Shown here: positions 20,021 through 27,204 of the stretch, in pieces | Layout: the number at the start of each line of letters is the position of its first letter | How positions within the stretch are numbered: position 1 is the stretch's first letter | From: an uncultured SAR86 cluster bacterium | GTDB taxonomy: Bacteria; Pseudomonadota; Gammaproteobacteria; Magnimaribacterales; D2472 | Assembly (NCBI GenBank): GCA_902583575.1 | Contig: CACHWY010000003.1 | Span: 22,962-86,961, forward strand | Reading direction: 5' to 3' | Length of the DNA stretch: 64,000 nt | Translations under genes and position numbers: made by a program | Notes under the pieces: generated by a model | Told to the model about the DNA's origin: nothing | The model's input: the letters and a program-made list of their open reading frames with translations, nothing else | The model's database searches: none

Positions 20021-20202
20021 TCATGCTTAAAACTTTACCTAAAACATCTCACCAACTAAAACTTTGTGAGGGTAACTTTTTGCGTCCAAAAAAAATGTCT
20101 TCAAGAAAGAATATAAAATTTAATCATGCTTAAAACTTTACCTAAAACATCTCACCAACTTACAGTTTGTGAGGGTAACTTTTTGCGACTAAAAAGAATG
20201 CT
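19997..20202 (+). repeat. Tandem direct duplication, 2 x 103 bp, spanning the GNAT 3' end and the yqiB-like 5' end
   Basis: Hand alignment of 19997-20099 against 20100-20202. The first 61 nt are identical and the last 42 nt carry 8 mismatches (95/103 overall). Confidence 0.9.
20023..20133 (+). pseudogene. Duplicated 5' fragment of the yqiB-like gene (36-codon ORF)
   Basis: Encodes MLKTLPKTSHQLKLCEGNFLRPKKMSSRKNIKFNHA. The first 12 residues are identical to the start of the 140-aa protein at 20126. The ORF then runs through copy 2 of the repeat in a different frame. Confidence 0.4.
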
Positions 20203-20548
20203 TCAAAAGTTCTCAAAAGAAACATACTTTTTCCAAACTATTAATCCTGATGAATCATATAATGAAATATCATTCAGAATTATTCATAGGACAAAACATA
20301 CTCTAATTGTTGAAGCTAAACAAAATAAAAATAATGATCAAATAAATAGCTTTATTTTAAGAATACAGATTTGTCTTGACGCCAATTTAGCAGAAGTTAT
20401 TTCTTATCAAGGTGAGAAAGCAATCCCTGCTTTTATTAAAATTTCTAAGAGTCAGTCCAAGGATGAAAAACTTCAACAAAATAGATTCTTAACAGAGTGG
20501 CTAGAAAGTATTTTTATATCGGGTATTAATTCAGAAATAAAATTTTAA
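20126..20548 (+). CDS. yqiB: DUF1249 protein (YqiB-like)
   Basis: 140 aa, the same length I recall for E. coli YqiB. It lies directly upstream of yqiA and overlaps it by 1 nt, consistent with the E. coli nudF-yqiB-cpdA-yqiA neighbourhood. Confidence 0.6.
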   Translation: MLKTLPKTSHQLTVCEGNFLRLKRMLQKFSKETYFFQTINPDESYNEISFRIIHRTKHTLIVEAKQNKNNDQINSFILRIQICLDANLAEVISYQGEKAIPAFIKISKSQSKDEKLQQNRFLTEWLESIFISGINSEIKF

Positions 20549-21123
20549 TGGTCAAGACGATATTATACTTTCATGGTTTTGCCTCATCATCAGATTCTGA
20601 AAAAGCAGATATTTTAAAAAACTATATTTCATCTTTCGCTAAAAAAACAAAGCTGGTCGTTCCTGATCTAAATGATAATTTCCAAAAAGCTGTTAAAGAA
20701 ATAAAAGAACTAATTAAATCTAATGATGAACCGATTGCTTTTATGGGTAGTTCTTTAGGAGGATATTATGCAGCATATTTTGCAAGTATGTCTAACTCAA
20801 AAGCTATTTTAATTAATCCAGCTATACCTCCATTAAAAGATTTTGATATTCATCTTGGAGAGAATGAAAACTACTCGACTGGAAATAAATTTAAACTCAC
20901 AAAAGAAGATATGAAGTTTATTAGGTCGATTGCTTTTAAGAAATATGATAATTCTTCCAATACACTTATTTTGCTTGAGTCTAAAGATGAGATATTAAAT
21001 TACATTGAAACATCATCATATTTCAAAAGTTCTTTTATAGATATTGAGTTTGGCGGGAATCATTCATATACCTCTCTTAGCAAAAAACTCGAAAAAATTA
21101 GAAATTTCATAGATATTCAATAA
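20548..21123 (+). CDS. yqiA: Esterase YqiA (alpha/beta hydrolase)
   Basis: ILYFHGFASS, the MGSSLGGYYA nucleophile elbow, LINPA, GENENYSTG and GGNHSYT parallel E. coli YqiA as remembered. Confidence 0.85.
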   Translation: MVKTILYFHGFASSSDSEKADILKNYISSFAKKTKLVVPDLNDNFQKAVKEIKELIKSNDEPIAFMGSSLGGYYAAYFASMSNSKAILINPAIPPLKDFDIHLGENENYSTGNKFKLTKEDMKFIRSIAFKKYDNSSNTLILLESKDEILNYIETSSYFKSSFIDIEFGGNHSYTSLSKKLEKIRNFIDIQ

Positions 21124-21156
21124 ATTGAACTAAAATTGGGCAAAAAACTTTATTTT

Positions 21157-21193
21157 GCACAAAAATAAGGCATAATATTATCAATGTTTGTGC
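21157..21193. promoter_or_regulatory. Inverted repeat upstream of glnII (candidate operator)
   Basis: GCACAAA (21157-21163) and TTTGTGC (21187-21193) are perfect inverted 7-mers. They flank an internal ATAATATTAT palindrome, about 70-100 nt upstream of the glnII ATG. Confidence 0.3.
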
Positions 21194-21264
21194 ATTTGCT
21201 TGAAAAATACTAAAGCATATTAGATGTAACAAAATTTAAAAACTACTATTTTAAGGAGAAATTA

Positions 21265-22233
21265 ATGAAAACTTATGAATATATTTGGCTTGATGGATAT
21301 CAGCCCGAGCCATCAATGAGAAGCAAAGTTAAGGCAACAAAGGATGAAACACCGCCTGATTGGTCTTTTGATGGATCTTCAACAGAACAAGCAGAAGGAG
21401 GCAGTTCAGACTGTTTGCTTTTACCAGTTCAAACTTATGAAAATCCAAATGGACATGACCTAGTTATGACACAAGTTCAAAATGCAGATCATACCACTCA
21501 TCCATCTAATTTTAGAGCTGCTGCTGCAGAAGTCGTTTCTGATGAATGGTGGTTTGGATTTGAGCAAGAATACTTTTTTACAGATCCAGAAACGGGTGAA
21601 CCTTTGGGATGGGAAAATGGTGAGCCAGGACCTCAAGGCCCATATTATTGTGCAGTTGGTGCTGGAAATGTTTCTGGAAGAGAAATTTCTGATGCACACC
21701 TTTTAGCTTGCTTAGATTTGGGAATAGAGTTAACTGGAACTAATGCTGAGGTTGCTATCGGCCAATGGGAATATCAATGTTTTGGTAAAGGAATTAAAGC
21801 AGCAGATGATCTTTGGGTAAGCCGATATTTACTATATAAAATTGCTGAAGAATTTGGAGTTGGTGTAAACATACATCCGAAACCAAAAACTGGAGATTGG
21901 AATGGCTCAGGAATGCATACTAATTTTTCTAATGAGGCTATGCGAACAGCTGGAAGTGAAGAGTTGTTTACTTCAATGTGTGACAAATTAGGTAAAGTTC
22001 ATGAGGAAGGTATAGCTGCATATGGTTCTGATAATGATATGAGATTAACAGGCCTTCATGAAACGCAAAGCATTGACACATTCTCATATGGAGTTAGTGA
22101 TAGAGGTGCCAGTATACGTATACCAGTATATACAGTCGAACATGATTGGAATGGTTATCTAGAAGATAGAAGACCTGCATCAAATGCAGATCCATATAAA
22201 ATCCTATCTCACATAGTAGGTACTTTAAAGTAG
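21265..22233 (+). CDS. glnII: Glutamine synthetase type II (eukaryote-like GSII)
   Basis: YIWLDGY, FDGSSTEQAEGGSSDC, WFGFEQEYFF, PQGPYYCAVG, NAEVAIGQWEYQ, DWNGSGMHTNFS, RLTGLHETQSIDTFSYGVSDRGASIRIP and GYLEDRRPASNADPY all parallel rhizobial GlnII and eukaryotic GS as remembered. An AAGGAG RBS lies 7 nt upstream. Confidence 0.93.
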   Translation: MKTYEYIWLDGYQPEPSMRSKVKATKDETPPDWSFDGSSTEQAEGGSSDCLLLPVQTYENPNGHDLVMTQVQNADHTTHPSNFRAAAAEVVSDEWWFGFEQEYFFTDPETGEPLGWENGEPGPQGPYYCAVGAGNVSGREISDAHLLACLDLGIELTGTNAEVAIGQWEYQCFGKGIKAADDLWVSRYLLYKIAEEFGVGVNIHPKPKTGDWNGSGMHTNFSNEAMRTAGSEELFTSMCDKLGKVHEEGIAAYGSDNDMRLTGLHETQSIDTFSYGVSDRGASIRIPVYTVEHDWNGYLEDRRPASNADPYKILSHIVGTLK

Positions 22234-22249
22234 TTTTTAAATGTATAAA

Positions 22250-22281
22250 TCTGCCCTATTAATATAATGGGGCAGACTTTC
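22250..22281 (+). terminator. Candidate terminator/attenuator after glnII
   Basis: A 7-bp stem (TCTGCCC 22250-22256 / GGGCAGA 22270-22276) with a 13-nt loop, followed by CTTTCT. The T tract is weak, so read-through into ntrB is plausible. Confidence 0.45.
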
Positions 22282-22285
22282 TAAG

Positions 22286-23368
22286 ATGAAAGTAAATATA
22301 GAAAATATAAAATTTTTAAATCAATTAACCTCTGAAGTAATTCTATTAGATAAAGACTTATATATTATTTGGTTAAATGACTCAGCCTTGAATAAAGGGT
22401 GGGTTTTAAATTCAAATAATAAAAATAATATAATTACGGATCAATTCTCAGAAGAAACTAATGGAAAGCTTATAAGCTTGTTAAAAAATACTGTTGAAAA
22501 AGATGGCGCAACAACAAAAAGAGATTTTGAATTAACAACGTCTTCAAATAATAAAAGGGTTATTGATCTTACAGTCTCATGGAGTAATGATTTTAATTGC
22601 TTAATATTAGAAATTTTGTGTGTAGACAATCTTAATAAAATAATAGATTCTACAAAAACCTTTTCAACACAAAAAATTGCTGCGAATCTAGCCCGAACTT
22701 TAGCACATGAAGTAAAAAACCCATTATCTGGTATTAGGGGTAGCGCTCAAATCTTAAATAAAAAATTAAACGATAAATTTTCTTCAAAATTTTTAAAAAT
22801 AATTATTAATGAAACAGATAGATTAAATGAAATTGTGACTAAAATTTTAACTCCTCCTTCAAAGCCAAGCCTAAATTTATTTAATATACATTCAGCATTA
22901 GAAAAGGTTTATGCCCTGGTTGAGGTTGATAAAAATGAAAAATTAAATTTTATAAGGGACTACGATCCAAGCATTCCAGAAATATATGGAGATGAAAATC
23001 TATTTGTACAAGCAATCCTTAATATTGTTAAAAATGGTCAGCAAGCAATAGAAAATATTAAAGATCCAGCCATAGTTATTAAATCTAGAATTAAATATGG
23101 GGAACCAATAAATGGAGTAATTCAACAAACTTTATGCTCAATAGATATTTGCGATAATGGTAAAGGAATACCGGATGAACTTCATGATCAATTATTCTTT
23201 CCCATGGTTTCAATGAAAGAGAGCGGATCTGGATTAGGCCTTACTATTGCTCAAGACATAATTAGAGTTCATGGAGGAAATATAACATTCAAGTCAAAAC
23301 CTGGAAGAACAGTATTTTCTATTCATGTGCCTCTGGGAGATGAAAAAAGGGAGGCTAAAATTGCATAA
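22286..23368 (+). CDS. ntrB: Nitrogen regulation sensor histidine kinase NtrB
   Basis: H-box LAHEVKNPLSGIRGSAQIL, N-box AILNIVKNGQQA and the G-boxes DNGKGIP and GSGLGLTIA. It precedes ntrC and overlaps it. Confidence 0.9.
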   Translation: MKVNIENIKFLNQLTSEVILLDKDLYIIWLNDSALNKGWVLNSNNKNNIITDQFSEETNGKLISLLKNTVEKDGATTKRDFELTTSSNNKRVIDLTVSWSNDFNCLILEILCVDNLNKIIDSTKTFSTQKIAANLARTLAHEVKNPLSGIRGSAQILNKKLNDKFSSKFLKIIINETDRLNEIVTKILTPPSKPSLNLFNIHSALEKVYALVEVDKNEKLNFIRDYDPSIPEIYGDENLFVQAILNIVKNGQQAIENIKDPAIVIKSRIKYGEPINGVIQQTLCSIDICDNGKGIPDELHDQLFFPMVSMKESGSGLGLTIAQDIIRVHGGNITFKSKPGRTVFSIHVPLGDEKREAKIA

Positions 23369-24737
23369 AGTCTGGATCGCTGATGATGATGAAGCTATTA
23401 GGCTAGTTCTTGAAGAAAGTCTCTCAAGCTCTGGGTTTGAGACTATGACCTTCTCTTCAGGAGAAGAACTAATTAAAGAATTAGAAAATACAAAACCTGA
23501 CTTGGTTATAACTGATGTCCAAATGCCAGGAATGTTAGGTTACGACATACTTAAACATATCAATAATAACTTTGAAGATCTTCCAGTAATTGTAATGACT
23601 GCTTTTGCTGATATGCAGGCAGCAATAGAATCCTTTGGTGGAGGAGCATTTGAATATATTCCAAAACCATTTGATCTCGAAGCAGCAATTGAAATTATTA
23701 ATAGGGCTTTAGAAACAAAACCAAAAACAAAAGGACTAAAGAAAAATACTAAACTAGACATAATTGGTGAGTCTCCAGCAATGCAAGAAGTTTTTAGATC
23801 AATTGGAAAGCTATCCAATACAATTGCAACTGTTTTAATTCAAGGGGAGTCAGGAACAGGAAAAGAATTAATAGCAAATTCTCTTCATAAAAATAGTCCA
23901 AGACATGATATGCCATTTATTGCCCTGAATATGGCTGATATTCCCAAAGAACTTGTTGAGTCTGAGCTATTTGGACATGAAAAAGGCTCATTTACAGGCG
24001 CTGTTGACCAAAGAATTGGAAGATTTGAACAAGCTAATGGAGGTACTTTATTCCTAGACGAGATTGGAGATATGCCTTTAGACTCACAAACAAGACTATT
24101 GCGAGTATTATCAAATAAAGAATTCTATAGAGTTGGTGGAGATAAGCCCGTCAAGGTTGATGTAAGAATTATTGCTGCTACTCATCAGAATCTAAACAAC
24201 CTAGTCTCTCAAAAAATATTCAGAGAGGATCTTTTTTATAGACTGAATGTAATTAAAATTATTGTTCCGCCTCTCAAAGAAAGAAAAGAAGACATTGAAG
24301 ATTTATCAAAATACTTTCTCAAGAATTTTGCTAGCTCTCTTGATGAAGATCTTAGAGTCCTAGATGATGAAACAAAGGAGATAATGAATAAGTATGATTG
24401 GCCTGGAAATGTTAGACAACTTGAAAATGTATGTTATTGGTTAACATTAATGTCACCTTCCCAAAATGTAAAAGTAAAAGATTTGCCTAACGAGGTCAAA
24501 GAATTAGAGATAGCAGATATGCCCTCAACTTCTTGGGAAGATGGTTTGCAAAATTGGTTAAAAAATGTCTCTATGAATATAGATTCTGGGCTTTCAGAAA
24601 TTGCAATCACAAAGATTGAAAAGATGCTTATAAAAACAGCACTAGAAAGATCTAATGGCAAAAAAAATGACGCTGCTCAAATTTTAGGATGGGGAAGAAA
24701 TACTCTTTCAAAGAAGATGAAAGAACATGGTATCTAA
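23361..24737 (+). CDS. ntrC: Sigma54-dependent nitrogen response regulator NtrC
   Basis: Receiver domain ([11 protein letters not shown]...DVQMPGM), AAA+ sigma54-activator core (GESGTGKE and the GAFTGA-like GSFTGA) and a C-terminal Fis-type HTH. I prefer the TTG start at 23361, which sits 6 nt after GGGAGG (23349-23354) and matches the E. coli NtrC N-terminal length. The longest ORF starts at 23325. Confidence 0.9.
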   Translation: MHKVWIADDDEAIRLVLEESLSSSGFETMTFSSGEELIKELENTKPDLVITDVQMPGMLGYDILKHINNNFEDLPVIVMTAFADMQAAIESFGGGAFEYIPKPFDLEAAIEIINRALETKPKTKGLKKNTKLDIIGESPAMQEVFRSIGKLSNTIATVLIQGESGTGKELIANSLHKNSPRHDMPFIALNMADIPKELVESELFGHEKGSFTGAVDQRIGRFEQANGGTLFLDEIGDMPLDSQTRLLRVLSNKEFYRVGGDKPVKVDVRIIAATHQNLNNLVSQKIFREDLFYRLNVIKIIVPPLKERKEDIEDLSKYFLKNFASSLDEDLRVLDDETKEIMNKYDWPGNVRQLENVCYWLTLMSPSQNVKVKDLPNEVKELEIADMPSTSWEDGLQNWLKNVSMNIDSGLSEIAITKIEKMLIKTALERSNGKKNDAAQILGWGRNTLSKKMKEHGI

Positions 24738-25138
24738 ACTAAAGGTAGATTTTGCATTCTCCATTCATTAATGCCACCTTTTAAAATCAAAACATTTGGA
24801 AAGCCTTCTTTTTTAAGTATTTCACCTGCATTTGGTGAAACGCTTCCCATGTCACAAATTAAAATAATCGATTTATCATTCTGATTAATTTCATTAGTTC
24901 TATTGGCTAAATTATTAAAAGGAATATTTATAGAGTTTGTAATGTGTCCGTTTTGAAATGCTTCTGATTCTCTTAAGTCTATTAAAAAAGCATTATCCTG
25001 ATTTGATAGAGATATTAATGTTTGAGAAGATATTTTTTTGCCACCTTTTTTTGAATTTGAAATTAAGAAAAGGATTATCAGTATTAGAAGAGGTACTGAC
25101 AAAAAATAATGTTCAATTAGAAAATTAATTAGTTCCAT
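24734..25138 (-). CDS. Rhodanese-domain protein with N-terminal membrane anchor
   Basis: One N-terminal TM helix. The rhodanese fold segments are LIDLRESEAFQNGHITNSINIP and the active-site loop CDMGSVS. Confidence 0.75.
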   Translation of the reverse strand: MELINFLIEHYFLSVPLLILIILFLISNSKKGGKKISSQTLISLSNQDNAFLIDLRESEAFQNGHITNSINIPFNNLANRTNEINQNDKSIILICDMGSVSPNAGEILKKEGFPNVLILKGGINEWRMQNLPLV

Positions 25139-25181
25139 AGCTATATTATCTATTAAAATAAGACAGATTAATTAAAAATAT

Positions 25182-25805
25182 ATGAAAGAAAGAAATTTAT
25201 TACTAGTTCGACATGGGCAAAGCGAATGGAATGAGAAAAATCTTTTTACTGGCTGGGAAGACCCCGGTCTAACAAAAAAAGGTGAAGATGAGGCACAAAA
25301 TGCCGGACTGCTAATCAAAGAACTTGGAATAAATTTTGATCATCTATTTACTTCTGCATTAATAAGAGCTCAATTAACTGGTTCTATAATTCTTAATGAG
25401 ATTGGTCAAAATGAAATACCCGCCATTAAAAATCAAGCACTTAATGAAAGATTTTATGGAGATCTGCAAGGCCTAAACAAAGATGAATGTAGAGAAAAAT
25501 GGGGGGAAGAAAAAGTCCAAATGTGGAGAAGATCATATGAGATGGGCCCGCCAGGCGGAGAAACATTAAAAGAAACTGGAGAAAGAGTTATTCCATATTT
25601 TAAAGAAGAAATTAACCCCTTAATATTAAAAGGTAAAAATATATTGATAGCGGCTCATGGTAATTCTTTAAGATCATTAATAAAATTTTTAGATACTGTT
25701 TCCGATGAAGATATTGTAAAACTTGAAATTCCTACAGGCGCACCTATCCATTATATTTTTGATAAAGATGGTAACGTCATTAAAAAACAAAACCTAATAG
25801 ATTAA
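25182..25805 (+). CDS. gpmA: 2,3-bisphosphoglycerate-dependent phosphoglycerate mutase (short form)
   Basis: LLLVRHGQSEWNEKNLFTGW catalytic His motif and the AAHGNSLR second His motif, 207 aa. Confidence 0.88.
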   Translation: MKERNLLLVRHGQSEWNEKNLFTGWEDPGLTKKGEDEAQNAGLLIKELGINFDHLFTSALIRAQLTGSIILNEIGQNEIPAIKNQALNERFYGDLQGLNKDECREKWGEEKVQMWRRSYEMGPPGGETLKETGERVIPYFKEEINPLILKGKNILIAAHGNSLRSLIKFLDTVSDEDIVKLEIPTGAPIHYIFDKDGNVIKKQNLID

Positions 25806-25807
25806 AT

Positions 25808-26818
25808 TTGAACTTTAAAGTGGGCACATTCTCTTCCAACATAACAAAATGGTATATTCAAAACGGAAGAAAAAATCTACCTTGGCGGAAGGTTGTAACA
25901 CCTTATAGAATTTGGATTTCAGAAATAATGCTGCAACAAACTCAGGTTAAGACTGTTATACCTTTTTATAAAAAATTTATAAAAAAATACCCTAATCTAA
26001 AATCAATTTCATTAGCAACAGAGGATGATATCCTGGCTCTATGGACTGGATTAGGTTTCTATAAAAGAGCTAAGAATATCTATAGAACAAAAGAAATAAT
26101 AAAAAAAGAATACAAAAATAAATTCCCAAGTAAATATGAAGAATTGATTTCACTTCCTGGTATTGGGCAGTCTACTGCTGGTGCAATTATGTCAATTGCA
26201 TATAAAGAATCTTATCCAATATTGGATGCAAATGTAAAAAGAGTTATATCAAGATACAAGAAAATTAATACAGATGAGAAAGGTGTTGTGAAAACATTAT
26301 GGTCATTATCAAAAAACCTTACTCCTGAAAAAAATATATTTGAATATACTCAAGGAATAATGGATTTAGGTGCAACTATCTGCAATATAAGATCACCTAA
26401 TTGTTTAGATTGTCCTATAAATAAAACATGTAAAAGCGCATTTAAAAATTTTGAAATAGAATATAAAGCTAAAAAAGAGAGGCCTAAAAAAAAGATTTTC
26501 TTTACATTAGCGCATTCAAAAAAATCATTTTTATTATTCAAAAAAAATGAAAAAAGTTTTTGGGAAAGTCTTTGGATTCCGTACGATGGAGAAGATTTTA
26601 AAGAGGCTAATATTTTAAAAGAGCCAGCTAAAAGAAAAATTAGAACAATTAATCATGCTTTATCTCATATGGAATTAGATATCACGATTGAAATAGTGGA
26701 CTATAAGACTCCATTTAAAATTAGATCTAATCTTGAGCACCAATGGATAAATAAAAATCAAATAGATAATTATGGGTTACCGAAACCTATAAGGACTATA
26801 ATAGAGAATCATGACTAA
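25808..26818 (+). CDS. mutY: A/G-specific adenine DNA glycosylase
   Basis: LPWR, WISEIMLQQTQV, the HhH-GPD motif (LPGIGQSTAGAIMSIA), the 4Fe-4S cluster CxxxxxxCxxCxxxxxC (CNIRSPNCLDCPINKTC) and a NUDIX-like C-terminus. yggX follows. Confidence 0.9.
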   Translation: MNFKVGTFSSNITKWYIQNGRKNLPWRKVVTPYRIWISEIMLQQTQVKTVIPFYKKFIKKYPNLKSISLATEDDILALWTGLGFYKRAKNIYRTKEIIKKEYKNKFPSKYEELISLPGIGQSTAGAIMSIAYKESYPILDANVKRVISRYKKINTDEKGVVKTLWSLSKNLTPEKNIFEYTQGIMDLGATICNIRSPNCLDCPINKTCKSAFKNFEIEYKAKKERPKKKIFFTLAHSKKSFLLFKKNEKSFWESLWIPYDGEDFKEANILKEPAKRKIRTINHALSHMELDITIEIVDYKTPFKIRSNLEHQWINKNQIDNYGLPKPIRTIIENHD

Positions 26819-27080
26819 AAAAATATTGTGTAAAAAACTTAATAAAGAACTGCCCGCTCTATCAGTGCCTCCTATGCCTGGGCCAAAAGGCATTGAAATT
26901 ATGGATTCTATATCTGAGGAAGCCTGGGAGATGTGGAAATCACATCAAACCACATTAATAAATGAAAAACATTTAGATATGTCTAATTCTGAAAATAGGA
27001 AATGGCTTTTAGGACAAATGGACAAATTTTTTAATAATGAAGATTATGAAAAAGCGTCTGGTTTTAAAGCATTAGACTAA
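26811..27080 (+). CDS. yggX: Fe(II)-trafficking / oxidative damage protection protein YggX
   Basis: 89 aa with PMPGPKG and WEMWKSHQTTLINEKHL. The mutY-yggX linkage is conserved. Confidence 0.88.
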   Translation: MTKKILCKKLNKELPALSVPPMPGPKGIEIMDSISEEAWEMWKSHQTTLINEKHLDMSNSENRKWLLGQMDKFFNNEDYEKASGFKALD

Positions 27081-27204
27081 AATTTTATACACTTTTTTTA
27101 AGATCATTTTTGGTCTGTAGTTCACTAAAATTTTTCATATACAAAATAAAAAAAATAGAGTTTAATTAATTTACCAGAGTATTAAAAACTGAAGGAAAGA
27201 TGTT

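Noticed and set aside
21124-21264. An expected sigma54 (-24 GG / -12 GC) promoter and canonical NtrC sites upstream of the GS gene.
   Set aside because: I checked every TTGC and GG in the leader by hand. No GG-N10-GC pair has the right spacing, and the best candidate (AGGCAT-N5-TATCA) mismatches the invariant GC. Only the inverted repeat is reported.
27081-27204. A possible glycine or other riboswitch in the 124-nt leader of the GcvT-domain gene.
   Set aside because: The leader is almost pure A/T. It has none of the conserved G+C-rich cores of glycine, THF or SAM riboswitches and no convincing helices.
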